Below the pieces are notes generated by a model. That model did not search any database. It had not been told where the DNA came from and worked only from the letters and a program-made list of their open reading frames with translations. From the NCBI GenBank assembly GCA_963666205.1, contig OY762654.1, positions 2,656,001 through 2,720,000 on the forward strand: a DNA stretch of 64,000 nt, in the 5' to 3' direction. Made by a program: the position numbers and the translations under genes. The DNA is from Synergistales bacterium (lineage in GTDB: Bacteria > Synergistota > Synergistia > Synergistales > JAFGMB01). This document shows, piece by piece, positions 37,192-49,715 of this stretch (position 1 is the stretch's first letter; the number at the start of each line of letters is the position of its first letter).

Positions 37192-38624
37192 CATCTCTGA
37201 GTAAAGCTCCAGCTCTGTTTATACTTACTGGCATATGTTCTGCCATACTGCTTTACGATGCTGGTTTACCTTTTATTGTGAGTCCCTTGATCGGTGGAGT
37301 TCTTTCTTTTGGAATGATACTGTTTTCTTCAAGGGGGACGGTGAAAGGTTTCTGGGCTTTTTCCTTTCTGATCCTTATACTCTCTGTTTCCATGGGATAT
37401 TTTTCTCTTTTCAGGTTAGAACAGAACCACGTGGAGAACAGGTATGTCCGGATGAAGGGACATGTCCTTTCTGAGAGAGCATGGGGAGGCAAGAGAGCCA
37501 TTATACTTTCTCTGGATGGGAACAGGTATATGGCTAAAGTATCTCCGGAAAAAGGCTACAGTGAGGGGGATACCCTTTTTATCACAGGTTATATTATTCC
37601 CATGAAGAGTTCTTTGAAAAATCCTGGTGGCTTTAGAGAGGACATGTACTGGAAGGCAAAAGGTGTCAAGGGAGAATATCTTCCTGAATCAATGAAATTG
37701 CTTTCTTCTTCCGGGAAGGATATCCATAGCTGGAGGAGTTACCTACGTCGGGAGATCCTTCTGTCCCTTCCAGAAAAGACAAGAGGATATATGCTCGCTT
37801 CATGGCTTGGGGCAAAAGATCCCGACCTGGTGCAGATCCATTCTACCTCCGGAACTGTCCATTTGCTGGCTGTTTCCGGTTTTCACGTGGCCATACTTGC
37901 ATCTGGGCTCTTCTTGATATTTCGGAATTTTCCCGCCTGTAATATTATCATTTCTCTTTTTCTCTGGCTCTATGTAGCTCTCACAGGTTTTGCTCCCAGT
38001 GCTTCAAGAGCATCCATGATGCTCCAGCTTGTGCTGATTTCCAGATTCTTTGGAAGACCGGTAACGCCGATTAATTCTGTTTCTGTAGCAGGAGTGATAA
38101 TGCTCTCTTTGAATCCCTTCTGTTTCTGGGACCTGGGCTGGAGATTATCAATGGTAGCGTCATTGACGATCTCTGCTTTCATTGAACTTGAGTTTCATAA
38201 AAGGATCAAGGTTCTTCTGATAAGTCCCATAGTATGGTTAAGTACATCTGCTCTTATAATTTCATCTTTTGGACAGGTCCCCCTTTCAGGGATAGTCTTT
38301 AACCTGTTCACCATCCCCCTTTTCGGAATACTTCTTCCTCTTGCCAGCATTATATCCGTCCTGGTGCTCTTGGGGTTTCCCTATGCCGATCTATTTTCTA
38401 GTGCTTGTGAGATACCCTTCCTGGCATGGGAAAATGTGGCTCATTTTTTCTGTTTCCTGTTTCCATATTCCACGCGATCGAACTGGCTTGTTATTACCAC
38501 GTCGGTGTTAACCTTTTTTACCGTTATCTTGAGAAGTATAAGTTATAATTTTTACCGCTCTATCTCTGCTTCATGTGTGGTTATAATTTTTCTGGCTTTT
38601 CTTTATAAATATATTGTGGTGTAA
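37167..38624 (+). CDS. comEC: ComEC/Rec2 competence channel (OB and competence domains only)
   Basis: HLLAVSGFHV, SASRASMM, many TM helices. Start uncertain; no beta-lactamase domain. Confidence 0.85.
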   Translation: MCYLPSKVTSLSKAPALFILTGICSAILLYDAGLPFIVSPLIGGVLSFGMILFSSRGTVKGFWAFSFLILILSVSMGYFSLFRLEQNHVENRYVRMKGHVLSERAWGGKRAIILSLDGNRYMAKVSPEKGYSEGDTLFITGYIIPMKSSLKNPGGFREDMYWKAKGVKGEYLPESMKLLSSSGKDIHSWRSYLRREILLSLPEKTRGYMLASWLGAKDPDLVQIHSTSGTVHLLAVSGFHVAILASGLFLIFRNFPACNIIISLFLWLYVALTGFAPSASRASMMLQLVLISRFFGRPVTPINSVSVAGVIMLSLNPFCFWDLGWRLSMVASLTISAFIELEFHKRIKVLLISPIVWLSTSALIISSFGQVPLSGIVFNLFTIPLFGILLPLASIISVLVLLGFPYADLFSSACEIPFLAWENVAHFFCFLFPYSTRSNWLVITTSVLTFFTVILRSISYNFYRSISASCVVIIFLAFLYKYIVV

Positions 38625-38675
38625 TAGTGCTTTATTGTAAATTTTCCGTATTGGAAGTTATTTGGAGGGATTGGA

Positions 38676-39470
38676 TTGCTTCTGGTAATTGATGTTGGTA
38701 ACAGTAATACTGTAATAGGAATATATGACGGGTTGGAACTCCTGACACACTGGAGACTCATATCCAAGGGCAGGACGGCAGATGAAATAGGTGTCTATCT
38801 TCTTAATCTGCTTGCAACCGTATCGATAAAACCAGATGAAATCAAAGGAGCCATACTCTCAAGCGTTGTTCCTCCCCTTGATGCGGTTATCAGGGAAGGA
38901 GTGCAGAACTATCTCGGGATCGATTGCATGAGAGTTTCATCTGACATTGATCTTGGAATTGAAATAAGATATGCATCTCCCTCTGAAGTCGGTGCAGACC
39001 GCCTTGTTAATGCAGTTGCAGGGGTTAAAAAGCATGGTACTCCTTTGATAATAGTGGATTTTGGCACAGCCATTACGCTCGATATCATTTCACCGGATGG
39101 AGCTTACCTTGGAGGAACAATATCGCCAGGACTGGTTACGGGCATGGAGGCGCTTTTCGGTCAAACAGCGAAACTCCCCCAGGTTTCTCTTGAAGCTCCA
39201 TCGACTGTGATCGGTAATAATACCATCGGTTCGATTCAGGCTGGTATAATGTATGGAAATGCAGGTCTTGTCGATTTCCTTGTCACCAAGGCATGGGATG
39301 AGTTGGGTCAACAAGGGAAAGTAATAGCAACTGGAGGCCATGCTGGCAAGATCGCAGCGCTTTCCAGGACCATAGATCTCGTTGATCCTTGGATTACACT
39401 TGAAGGATTAAGAATGATCTTCTGCCGTAATTATCCCGATCCAGAAGCCAAATCCGTTCTGGAAAACTGA
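38676..39470 (+). CDS. coaX: Type III pantothenate kinase
   Basis: LVIDVGNSN, SSVVP, VGADR, VDFGTAITLD, GG.ISPG, ATGG. Confidence 0.95.
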   Translation: MLLVIDVGNSNTVIGIYDGLELLTHWRLISKGRTADEIGVYLLNLLATVSIKPDEIKGAILSSVVPPLDAVIREGVQNYLGIDCMRVSSDIDLGIEIRYASPSEVGADRLVNAVAGVKKHGTPLIIVDFGTAITLDIISPDGAYLGGTISPGLVTGMEALFGQTAKLPQVSLEAPSTVIGNNTIGSIQAGIMYGNAGLVDFLVTKAWDELGQQGKVIATGGHAGKIAALSRTIDLVDPWITLEGLRMIFCRNYPDPEAKSVLEN

Positions 39471-39481
39471 TTGTTAGAAGA

Positions 39482-40528
39482 ATGTCGGGTAAAACTGATT
39501 CTTTGTATTCTGATAAGCCTTTGAATAAGCCTTCCCTTGAAATAGGTGGAGTAATGGTAAGGAATCCTCTATGGCTTGCACCTCTGGCCGGGATCACCAT
39601 TTCTCCCGTACGGAAATTCTTTGTCTTTCTGGGGACAGGGCTAGTGCACACAGAAATGATAAGTTGTGCAGGCCTTCACAGGGGAAACCATAAAACCGGG
39701 AACATGCTGGAACGTGATCCATATGAAAAACCTCTTGTTCTCCAGTTGTTTGCTGGAGATGTGAAGACGCTTGTCGAAGGGGCAGAAATTGCCCTTCAGA
39801 ATCATTCATTTGCTGCATTGGGAATCAATATGGCTTGTCCCATGCCCAAAGTCCTGAAAAAGGGAGCCGGGTCGAAGCTTTTAGAAAATCCTGGTCTTGC
39901 TGTTGAAATGGTAACTCAGCTCCGTAAGCTCGGTTATCCGGTCTGGCTGAAGATAAGAAAAACTGGAGATCTGCACCCCCTGAGTACTCTCAGTCTTTGC
40001 CAGGAACTTGTCACTGCTGGTGCCAGCCATATCACTATTCATGGAAGAACACCTTCCCAGAGATATGAGGGAGTTTCTGACAGGAATCCAATATATGAGG
40101 CCGCACGTGAATTTCCCGGTTTTATCGGTGCAAGCGGTGATGTATTCAATCCTGAGGATGCTCTTGATTTTCTTGATAGAGGCTGTTCTGCTGTTCTTTT
40201 TGCAAGAGGAGCCCTGAGGGATCCTTTTCTCGTTCCCAGGACTCTGGCAAAAATGGGATATGACGTTGAAGAGAGAATGGTCTACCCATCAACAGGTTTT
40301 CAGGCAGAACTTTTAAAAGAGATGGGTGAAGATATTCGTAACAATTATAATGCTAAAATAGCCGAGATTCTGATCAAACGTTTCCTCTCAGGTATGTTCA
40401 AGGGCATACCTGGTGTAGCAGAGTTCAGAAGACAGTTTGCAATGACACACGGCTGGGATAACCTAAGCCATCTTCTCGATAAATTGCAGGATTTTCTCGA
40501 AAGGAGAGATAATTATGAGTTCAAGTAA
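39482..40528 (+). CDS. dusB: tRNA-dihydrouridine synthase
   Basis: LAPLAGIT, TEMIS, INMACP, TIHGRT; coaX-dus-lysS synteny. Confidence 0.85.
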   Translation: MSGKTDSLYSDKPLNKPSLEIGGVMVRNPLWLAPLAGITISPVRKFFVFLGTGLVHTEMISCAGLHRGNHKTGNMLERDPYEKPLVLQLFAGDVKTLVEGAEIALQNHSFAALGINMACPMPKVLKKGAGSKLLENPGLAVEMVTQLRKLGYPVWLKIRKTGDLHPLSTLSLCQELVTAGASHITIHGRTPSQRYEGVSDRNPIYEAAREFPGFIGASGDVFNPEDALDFLDRGCSAVLFARGALRDPFLVPRTLAKMGYDVEERMVYPSTGFQAELLKEMGEDIRNNYNAKIAEILIKRFLSGMFKGIPGVAEFRRQFAMTHGWDNLSHLLDKLQDFLERRDNYEFK

Positions 40529-42029
40529 TGAACAGGAAAAATATACGTTACCGGAGGATGAGATCGTCAAGCAGAGGTTGGACAAGTTAACACGCCTCAG
40601 AGAAGAAGAGGGATATGATCCCTTTCTTCACCAGAAGTGGGATAAAAAGCACGATCTGGCCTACGTTCTTAATAAATTTTCTCATCTTGAACCTGACCAG
40701 GGTGAAGAGGATTCCGAAATTGTCACTGCAGGAAGAGTTATGACTTTCAGAAAACACGGCAAGGCCAGTTTTGTTACCCTGGAAGATGAAAATGACCGTC
40801 TTCAGCTTTATTTTCAGTTCAATGCCATGGGCGAAAATAATTACAATTTTGTTAAAAAATGGGTGGATACAGGAGATATTATAGGTGTTAAGGGGCACCC
40901 TTTCAGAACCAGAAGGGGTGAATTGACCCTTTTTGTAACAGAATGCACCCTCCTTTCCAAAGCATTGAGACCTCTACCCGAAAAATGGCATGGACTGAAG
41001 GATGTTGAAACACGTTACAGACAGCGTTATGTAGACCTAATTGCCAATCCGGATGTCAGAGAGGTATTCAGGAAAAGGACGAAGATCATCCAGACATTCC
41101 GAAGAGTCCTGGATGACCATGGGACTCTTGAGGTTGAAACACCTACATTATCTGTACTTGCAGGTGGTGCAAATGCCCGACCGTTCAAAACTTTTCATAA
41201 TGCCCTTGGTGTAGATATGTATTTGAGAATAGCTACAGAACTCTATCTTAAGAGATTGATAGTCGGGATGTTCGGCAGAGTTTATGAGATCGGGAAGAAC
41301 TTTCGAAATGAAGGAATAGATCTTATGCATAATCCTGAGTTCACAGCCATGGAAGTGTACTGGGCCTATGCCAATTATGAAGACATGATGGACCTTACAG
41401 AAGAGATAATAGTTGCCTGTGCAGATGCTATCGGAGAGAGAAAGGTAGATTACCAGGGTACATTGCTTGATCTTACGCCTCCCTTCAAGAGGGCAACCAT
41501 GCTTGATCTCGTGAAAGAGCACTGTGATGTGGATTTCTCCAGTATAACCTCTGATCATGAAGCAAGGAAAATTGCAGAGGGGGCCGGACTGGAAGTTGAA
41601 GGTCATGAGAGCAGATTCATACTTCTTTCGGAGATGTTCGAGGAGTTTGTGGAAGATAAGCTTATTCAGCCTACTTTTGTACTCGGGCATCCAACAGAGA
41701 TATCTCCCCTTGCCAAGAGAGACCCTGAAAATCCGGATTATACTAACCGGTTTGAACTTTTTATTAATGGTTCAGAGATCGCTAATGCATTCAGTGAATT
41801 GAATGATCCTCTGGATCAGAGATCCCGTTTTGAAGATCAGCTCAAAAAGAAGGAAATGGGTGATGAAGAGGCCCATGCCTTTGATGAAGATTTTATAAAT
41901 TCTCTTGAATATGGTCTTCCTCCTACAGGTGGTCTGGGGATCGGTATTGACAGGCTGGTAATGTTCCTTACTAATTCCAGGTCCATAAGAGATGTTATCC
42001 TTTTCCCTACAATGAAGCCGAAGATCTGA
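40515..42029 (+). CDS. lysS: Lysine--tRNA ligase (class II)
   Basis: RYRQRYVDL, GGANARPF, FRNEG, HNPEFT, YGLPPTGGLGIGIDRL. Confidence 0.98.
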   Translation: MSSSNEQEKYTLPEDEIVKQRLDKLTRLREEEGYDPFLHQKWDKKHDLAYVLNKFSHLEPDQGEEDSEIVTAGRVMTFRKHGKASFVTLEDENDRLQLYFQFNAMGENNYNFVKKWVDTGDIIGVKGHPFRTRRGELTLFVTECTLLSKALRPLPEKWHGLKDVETRYRQRYVDLIANPDVREVFRKRTKIIQTFRRVLDDHGTLEVETPTLSVLAGGANARPFKTFHNALGVDMYLRIATELYLKRLIVGMFGRVYEIGKNFRNEGIDLMHNPEFTAMEVYWAYANYEDMMDLTEEIIVACADAIGERKVDYQGTLLDLTPPFKRATMLDLVKEHCDVDFSSITSDHEARKIAEGAGLEVEGHESRFILLSEMFEEFVEDKLIQPTFVLGHPTEISPLAKRDPENPDYTNRFELFINGSEIANAFSELNDPLDQRSRFEDQLKKKEMGDEEAHAFDEDFINSLEYGLPPTGGLGIGIDRLVMFLTNSRSIRDVILFPTMKPKI

Positions 42030-42038
42030 AGGTTATAA

Positions 42039-44072
<2,034 letters not shown>

Positions 44073-44156
44073 AAATTTAAAACCAATGATTTTATGGATG
44101 CCATATCCTTCAGAAAAGAAAAGGTATGGTTCTTTTCCAAACAGGGAGGAATCTGA

Positions 44157-44450
44157 ATGGCCATATCAGAACAGGAAGTCAGAAAAGTTGCCCTACTGGC
44201 ACGCCTTGAAGTAGATGAAGAGGAAGTCCGATCACTGGCTTACCATTTTGACAGCATTCTTGAGCATTTCAGCAAACTGAATGAGCTGGATCTTGCAAAT
44301 ATTGATCCATTTGTAATGGATGAAACCCGGACCCCTCTCAGAGAAGACGTGGTAGAAAAATGGGAATTTAGAGAAGATGCTCTTAAAGAAGCTCCTCACA
44401 GGGACGGAGATTTTTTCCGGGTTCCACGAATTATCAGTGAGGAGGGGTAG
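44157..44450 (+). CDS. gatC: Asp/Glu-tRNA amidotransferase subunit C
   Basis: VRKVALLARL, LRED, FFRVPRI; precedes gatA. Confidence 0.93.
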   Translation: MAISEQEVRKVALLARLEVDEEEVRSLAYHFDSILEHFSKLNELDLANIDPFVMDETRTPLREDVVEKWEFREDALKEAPHRDGDFFRVPRIISEEG

Positions 44451-44455
44451 AGAAT

Positions 44456-45922
44456 ATGGACCTCTATCGTTTATCCGCTCATGAGATATGCAGAAAAGTG
44501 AAATCGGGAGAAATAACGGCAAGAGAAACCATCGAGTCTTCCCTTGGAAGGATAAACAGTCTGGAAAAAGGTCTCAATGCCCTGATAACAAGGATGGATG
44601 AAAGGGCATTGGAGAAAGCAGACCAGGTAGACAGAATGCTCTCCGTGGGAGAGGATCCTGGACTTCTTGCCGGAGTACCTGTTGTGATCAAGGATAATAT
44701 GTGTGTCCAGGGTATCAGAACGACTTGTGCGAGCAGAATCCTGGGGGACTGGAAGCCTCCTTTTACTGCCACTGTTGTTGCTGAACTTGAGAAAGAAGGA
44801 GCTATTGTCCTTGGTAAAGCCAATATGGATGAATTTGCCATGGGAAGCTCCACGGAGCACTCAGCCTTCGGACCCTGTAGCAATCCCTGGGATCCGGACC
44901 GGGTTCCAGGAGGAAGTTCAGGAGGCAGTGCAGTTTCTGTTGCTGCTGGATATGCCCCTATCTCCCTTGGTAGTGATACTGGTGGTTCCATACGGCAGCC
45001 AGCAGCCTTCTGCGGAACCTGCGGACTAAAACCAACTTATGGACTCGTGAGTAGATGGGGTCTGGTTGCGTTTGCTTCCTCTCTTGACCAGATTGGTCCC
45101 TTTGCAAGATCCATAGAAGATATTGCTCTTACCCTGCAGATTATTTCGAAACCTGATCCACGGGATTCAACCTGCAGTCCTTCTAAAAGACCTGATTATC
45201 AATCTGTTCTGGAGCGATCATCTCTTAAGGGAAAAAAGGTAGGGATAGTAAAAGAATTTATGGATTATGACATTGATCCCGAGATAAGGGGAGCCCTTGA
45301 GAAAACGATCGGAATTGCAAGGTCTGAGGGGGCAGAGATAGTGGAACTTTCCCTCCCGGTAATGGTCCGCTATGGTCTCGCAACATACTATATTATCGCT
45401 CCCGCAGAGGCCAGTTCGAACCTTGCCAGATACGATGGAGTCAGATATGGCATCAGCAGCGAGGCAGAAGATCTTATGGATATGTATCTGAAGATCCGTA
45501 GAGACGGTTTTGGAGAAGAAGTCAAACGGAGAATCCTCACTGGAACCTATGTGTTGAGTTCTGGATACTATGATGCATATTATCTTACTGCCCAGAAGGT
45601 TCGCCAGATAATGACCAGGGAATTTAAGGAAGCTTTTTCAAGAGTTGACACTGTTATAATGCCAACTGCTCCGACTCCGGCCTTCAGGAAGGGAGAACTA
45701 CTGGACGATCCTATCCAGATGTACATGGCTGATGTATTTACCCTTCCCATAAATATGGCAGGTCTGCCCGGACTTTCTCTAAATGCCGGTTATTCCCGTA
45801 ATGGGCTTCCCCTTGGAGTTCAGCTCATCGGTCCTAAATGGGGGGAAATGCAACTCCTGGCTGCTGCATCTGTTCTGGAGAAAAGTCTGGGATCATCCCT
45901 TATCGCAGGAGGTGATCAATAA
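44456..45922 (+). CDS. gatA: Asp/Glu-tRNA amidotransferase subunit A
   Basis: Amidase signature PGGSSGGS, SDTGGSIRQP, SSNLARYDG, EVKRRI. Confidence 0.97.
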   Translation: MDLYRLSAHEICRKVKSGEITARETIESSLGRINSLEKGLNALITRMDERALEKADQVDRMLSVGEDPGLLAGVPVVIKDNMCVQGIRTTCASRILGDWKPPFTATVVAELEKEGAIVLGKANMDEFAMGSSTEHSAFGPCSNPWDPDRVPGGSSGGSAVSVAAGYAPISLGSDTGGSIRQPAAFCGTCGLKPTYGLVSRWGLVAFASSLDQIGPFARSIEDIALTLQIISKPDPRDSTCSPSKRPDYQSVLERSSLKGKKVGIVKEFMDYDIDPEIRGALEKTIGIARSEGAEIVELSLPVMVRYGLATYYIIAPAEASSNLARYDGVRYGISSEAEDLMDMYLKIRRDGFGEEVKRRILTGTYVLSSGYYDAYYLTAQKVRQIMTREFKEAFSRVDTVIMPTAPTPAFRKGELLDDPIQMYMADVFTLPINMAGLPGLSLNAGYSRNGLPLGVQLIGPKWGEMQLLAAASVLEKSLGSSLIAGGDQ

Positions 45923-47394
45923 TGTCCCTGCTTTTTACTCCAGTTATTGGACTTGAGATCCATGTACAGCTTGCCACGGCCAGTAAGATCTTCTGTTCAT
46001 GTTCCACTGATTATATCGGAGCTGTGCCGAATACTAATGTCTGTCCCCTTTGTCTGGGACTGCCGGGAACCCTCCCTGTGCTTAATGCAAAAGCAGTTGA
46101 GTACGGAGTTAGAGCTTCTCTTGCGTTAAATTGTACAGTGAGGGATGCCACAAGGTTCCATAGAAAGAATTATTTTTATCCTGATCTTCCCAAAGCCTAT
46201 CAGATATCCCAGTACGATCTTCCCCTGGCTGAAAATGGATTTATAAATATTACATCTGAGGATGGCACACTGAGGACAATTGGAATAACCAGACTGCACC
46301 TTGAAGAGGATGCCGGGAAACTTGTTCATGGAGCCAGCGATGGTCGTCTCACCGGTTCCTCCCAGTCATTTGTAGACTACAACCGGGGTGGTGTACCCCT
46401 TGCTGAAATTGTTTCGGAGCCAGACCTCAGGTCTCCATCTGAGGCTAGACAGTATGTATCTGTCATACGACAACTTGTAAGATATCTTGGAGTCTCGGAT
46501 GGAGATATGGAAAAAGGTTCGCTGAGAGTGGATGCCAATATCTCTGTAAAATGTTCGGATGGGAGATGGGGAGAGCGGGCTGAGATCAAAAATATGAATT
46601 CACTGAAAGCTCTTGAAAGGGCCCTTGAATATGAGATCAAAAGGCATATAAGGCTACTTTCAGAAGGGGGAATTATCATTCAGGAAACACGTCACTGGAA
46701 TGACTCCCAGGGCATAACCATTTCTTCGAGAAGTAAAGAGGAAGCCCATGATTACAGATATTTCCCGGAACCGGATCTACCCCCTCTTATCCTTCCTGAT
46801 GGATATGTAAAAGAGCAGAAGGATAAATTACCAGAACTACCATGGGATAGGAAGAGAAGATTCAAGGACTCCTATGGTCTGTCTGAACAGGATAGTGCTA
46901 CTCTTACGGAAAATCGTGAGATGGCTGATTTTTATGAAAACTGTCTTATATCAGGAGGTTCTCCTGAGAGGACTGCCAATTGGCTTCGCACGGAAGTCCT
47001 CCGTATCCTGAATGAGAAGAAGATGGATCTGAAAGATTTTCCCATTTCATCTCATATGATCGCTGAAATGATCGTGATGATGGATAATCGAAAATTGTCC
47101 AATACAGCTGCGAAGGAAGTATTTGAACACATGATAGAAAATAATTCTGACCTTCATTCAGCAATGTCCTTGTGTGGTATCAGAAAGGGAGGAATAGCCG
47201 GAGATCAGCTAATTGACCTTGTCAGGAATATCCTTGAAAAAAATAGTGATGTCGTTCAGATAATCAGATCCGGAGAGGACATTAATGGAAAGAAACAGAA
47301 ATATCTTCATGGACTTGTCATGAGGGAAACAAGGGGACAGGCTGATCCTTCTGAGGTTTCAAGGATATTGGCATCCCTTCTGGAAAACATCTGA
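45922..47394 (+). CDS. gatB: Asp/Glu-tRNA amidotransferase subunit B
   Basis: IGLEIHVQL, RKNYFYPDLPK.YQISQ, HLEEDAGK, DYRYFPEPDL. Confidence 0.97.
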   Translation: MSLLFTPVIGLEIHVQLATASKIFCSCSTDYIGAVPNTNVCPLCLGLPGTLPVLNAKAVEYGVRASLALNCTVRDATRFHRKNYFYPDLPKAYQISQYDLPLAENGFINITSEDGTLRTIGITRLHLEEDAGKLVHGASDGRLTGSSQSFVDYNRGGVPLAEIVSEPDLRSPSEARQYVSVIRQLVRYLGVSDGDMEKGSLRVDANISVKCSDGRWGERAEIKNMNSLKALERALEYEIKRHIRLLSEGGIIIQETRHWNDSQGITISSRSKEEAHDYRYFPEPDLPPLILPDGYVKEQKDKLPELPWDRKRRFKDSYGLSEQDSATLTENREMADFYENCLISGGSPERTANWLRTEVLRILNEKKMDLKDFPISSHMIAEMIVMMDNRKLSNTAAKEVFEHMIENNSDLHSAMSLCGIRKGGIAGDQLIDLVRNILEKNSDVVQIIRSGEDINGKKQKYLHGLVMRETRGQADPSEVSRILASLLENI

Positions 47395-47430
47395 TCGGTA
47401 GGTCTTTCAGGAAAAGCTGTACCTGGTTTG

Positions 47431-47459
47431 TTGACGATATGAGCATGTGTGCGTAAGAT
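47431..47459 (+). promoter_or_regulatory. Candidate promoter for the EF-G paralogue
   Basis: TTGACG-17-TAAGAT. Confidence 0.5.
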
Positions 47460-47545
47460 ATTTCAAGTGAGTACAAGAAATGTGATAAAGAGGCTACATA
47501 TTTCATGCACTGAAAACACGGTTGCAACAGGGAGGTAAAAAGCGT

Positions 47546-49627
47546 ATGGGAAAACACAAGCCCCAAGACATAAGGAGTATAGCTATTGTTGCTCATGGAG
47601 GAGCAGGTAAAACTTCTCTTTCCGAAGCAATGTTGTTCAACAATGGAGATATTACCCGTATGGGAAGCATCGAAGGCGGGAACATGGTTTCTGACTTCAC
47701 AAGTGAGGAACATAAGCGGCAGATCTCTATCAATTCGGCCCTTTTGACTCTGAACCGGAATGATAAGGTCATTTACGTACTTGATACCCCTGGTTATGCT
47801 GACTTCATCGGTGAAATGCGATCAGCCATGCGTGTTTCAGATTCAACTGCCATTGTTATCAGCGGTCTTCACGGAGTAGAGGTGCACACTGGGAAAGCCT
47901 GGGAATTTTCTGAGGATTTCAACCTGCCCGTAGTTTTTTATGTAAGTAAACTGGACAGGGAGAACTCCGATTTCCAGAGAACTGTTACAGAGATTAAAGA
48001 AGAGCTTTCAGAGAAAGCTACCCCCCTATTCCTTCCAGTTGGCAAGGAAACATCTTTCAAAGGTGTAGTAGATGTTCTGAGAGGCAAAGCATATATTTAC
48101 AAAGGAGATGGTTCTTCGGCCTTTGAGGAAACGGAGATTCCCCCTGAGATGGCAGATGAAGTCTCATCTGCGAGAGAATCACTCATTGAGAACATTGTTG
48201 AAGCTGACGATGAGCTTATGATGCTTTATCTTGAGGGGGAAGAAATATCAGAGGATGATCTTCATAAAGCTCTCAGAAAAGCTGTAGCAAAAAGGATCGT
48301 ATTCCCAGTGATCCCTGGTTCCAGTACAACTAACGTAGGTGTTACCCAGTTCCTGGATTCAATTATCGATGTTCTTCCGGATCCTACGGAAACCAGGCCA
48401 AGGATCGCTCTGGAAGGTGAGAGTGAAGTCAAGATAAATCCTGACCCCGATGCCCCGTTTACAGCTCTCTGCTTCAAGATAATGGTAGACCCCTATGTGG
48501 GAAAACTATCATTCATCAGAGTCAATTCTGGAACCCTTAACTCGGATCATCCGATCTATAACGTTAACAGGGACGAAGAAGAACGTATAAGTTCTTTCAG
48601 GGTTATGAAAGGAAAAGAAGGAGAAGACTCCAAGGATGTTGTAGTTGGAGATATTGTAGCCATTCCAAAGCTTCATAGCACGCATGTAGGGGATACCCTT
48701 GCCCTGAAGGGTGCAAAGATGACCTTCCCGCCCATCAGGTTTCCAAAACCGGTTTACAGTGTTGCTCTTGAAGCCAAAAGCAGGGCAGATGAAGATAAAC
48801 TTTCCAGTGCACTTCACAAGATGCTTGAAGAAGATTCCACTCTTCAGTTCGTGAAAAACATCGAAACCAACGATAATGTTCTTTCGGGTATGGGAGACCT
48901 TCACATTGACATAGTCCTGTCAAGGATCAAGGAAAGATATGGAGTGGAGCTTGAAACGCACACCCCCCAGGTTCCTTATCGTGAAACTATCCGGAAATCT
49001 GCCAAGGCTCAGGGAAAACATAAAAAACAATCTGGTGGAAGAGGACAATATGGAGATGTTCATATCGAATTCATTCCTCTCGAGAGAGGTTCCGGTTTCG
49101 AGTTTGAAGATAAGATCGTTGGAGGATCCGTTCCAAAGGGGTATATACCTGCAGTAGAAAAAGGTTTGAGAGAGGTTATTAAGAAGGGAGTTCTTGCAGG
49201 CTTCCCGACAGTTGATTTTAAAGCCAGTCTTTTCTTTGGTTCCTACCATGATGTCGATTCCTCTGAAATGGCATTCAAGATAGCATCTCACCTTGCATTT
49301 AAAAAGGGAATGGCTGAAGCGTCACCTGTACTTCTTGAACCTATTATGAACGTGGAGGTTGTTGTCCCGGAGGATTACCTTGGCGATGTTATGGGAGATT
49401 TCAACAGCAGACGGGGGCGTATAATGGGTATAGACAGCAAAGGTAGACTCCAGGTGGTTAAAGCCCAGGTCCCCCTTGCTGAAATGTTCCGATACGCCAT
49501 TATCCTGCGATCCATGACTTCTGGAAGAGGTTTCTTCACGATGGATTATTCCCATTATGAGGAAGTTCCGGGAGATATTACCAAAAAGGTAATAGCTGCC
49601 CGCCAGGAGGAAGAGGAAGAAAAGTAA
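47546..49627 (+). CDS. fusA2: Elongation factor G paralogue (EF-G2 type)
   Basis: Full five-domain EF-G outside the str operon, with G1 AHGGAGKTS, G2 RQISI, DTPG and SKLD; KKQSGGRGQYG, HDVDSSE. ATG 47546 follows GGAGG. Confidence 0.88.
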   Translation: MGKHKPQDIRSIAIVAHGGAGKTSLSEAMLFNNGDITRMGSIEGGNMVSDFTSEEHKRQISINSALLTLNRNDKVIYVLDTPGYADFIGEMRSAMRVSDSTAIVISGLHGVEVHTGKAWEFSEDFNLPVVFYVSKLDRENSDFQRTVTEIKEELSEKATPLFLPVGKETSFKGVVDVLRGKAYIYKGDGSSAFEETEIPPEMADEVSSARESLIENIVEADDELMMLYLEGEEISEDDLHKALRKAVAKRIVFPVIPGSSTTNVGVTQFLDSIIDVLPDPTETRPRIALEGESEVKINPDPDAPFTALCFKIMVDPYVGKLSFIRVNSGTLNSDHPIYNVNRDEEERISSFRVMKGKEGEDSKDVVVGDIVAIPKLHSTHVGDTLALKGAKMTFPPIRFPKPVYSVALEAKSRADEDKLSSALHKMLEEDSTLQFVKNIETNDNVLSGMGDLHIDIVLSRIKERYGVELETHTPQVPYRETIRKSAKAQGKHKKQSGGRGQYGDVHIEFIPLERGSGFEFEDKIVGGSVPKGYIPAVEKGLREVIKKGVLAGFPTVDFKASLFFGSYHDVDSSEMAFKIASHLAFKKGMAEASPVLLEPIMNVEVVVPEDYLGDVMGDFNSRRGRIMGIDSKGRLQVVKAQVPLAEMFRYAIILRSMTSGRGFFTMDYSHYEEVPGDITKKVIAARQEEEEEK

Positions 49628-49660
49628 TTCTTAAGAACCTGTATATTCTTTAAATATTCT

Positions 49661-49701
49661 AATAAAAAGGGGAAGTGCTGTTAAGCACTTCCCCTTTTAT
49701 T
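49661..49701. terminator. Bidirectional terminator
   Basis: AAAAGGGGAAGTGCT/AGCACTTCCCCTTTT between convergent genes. Confidence 0.88.
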
Positions 49702-49715
49702 GTTTGTTTATGGAT

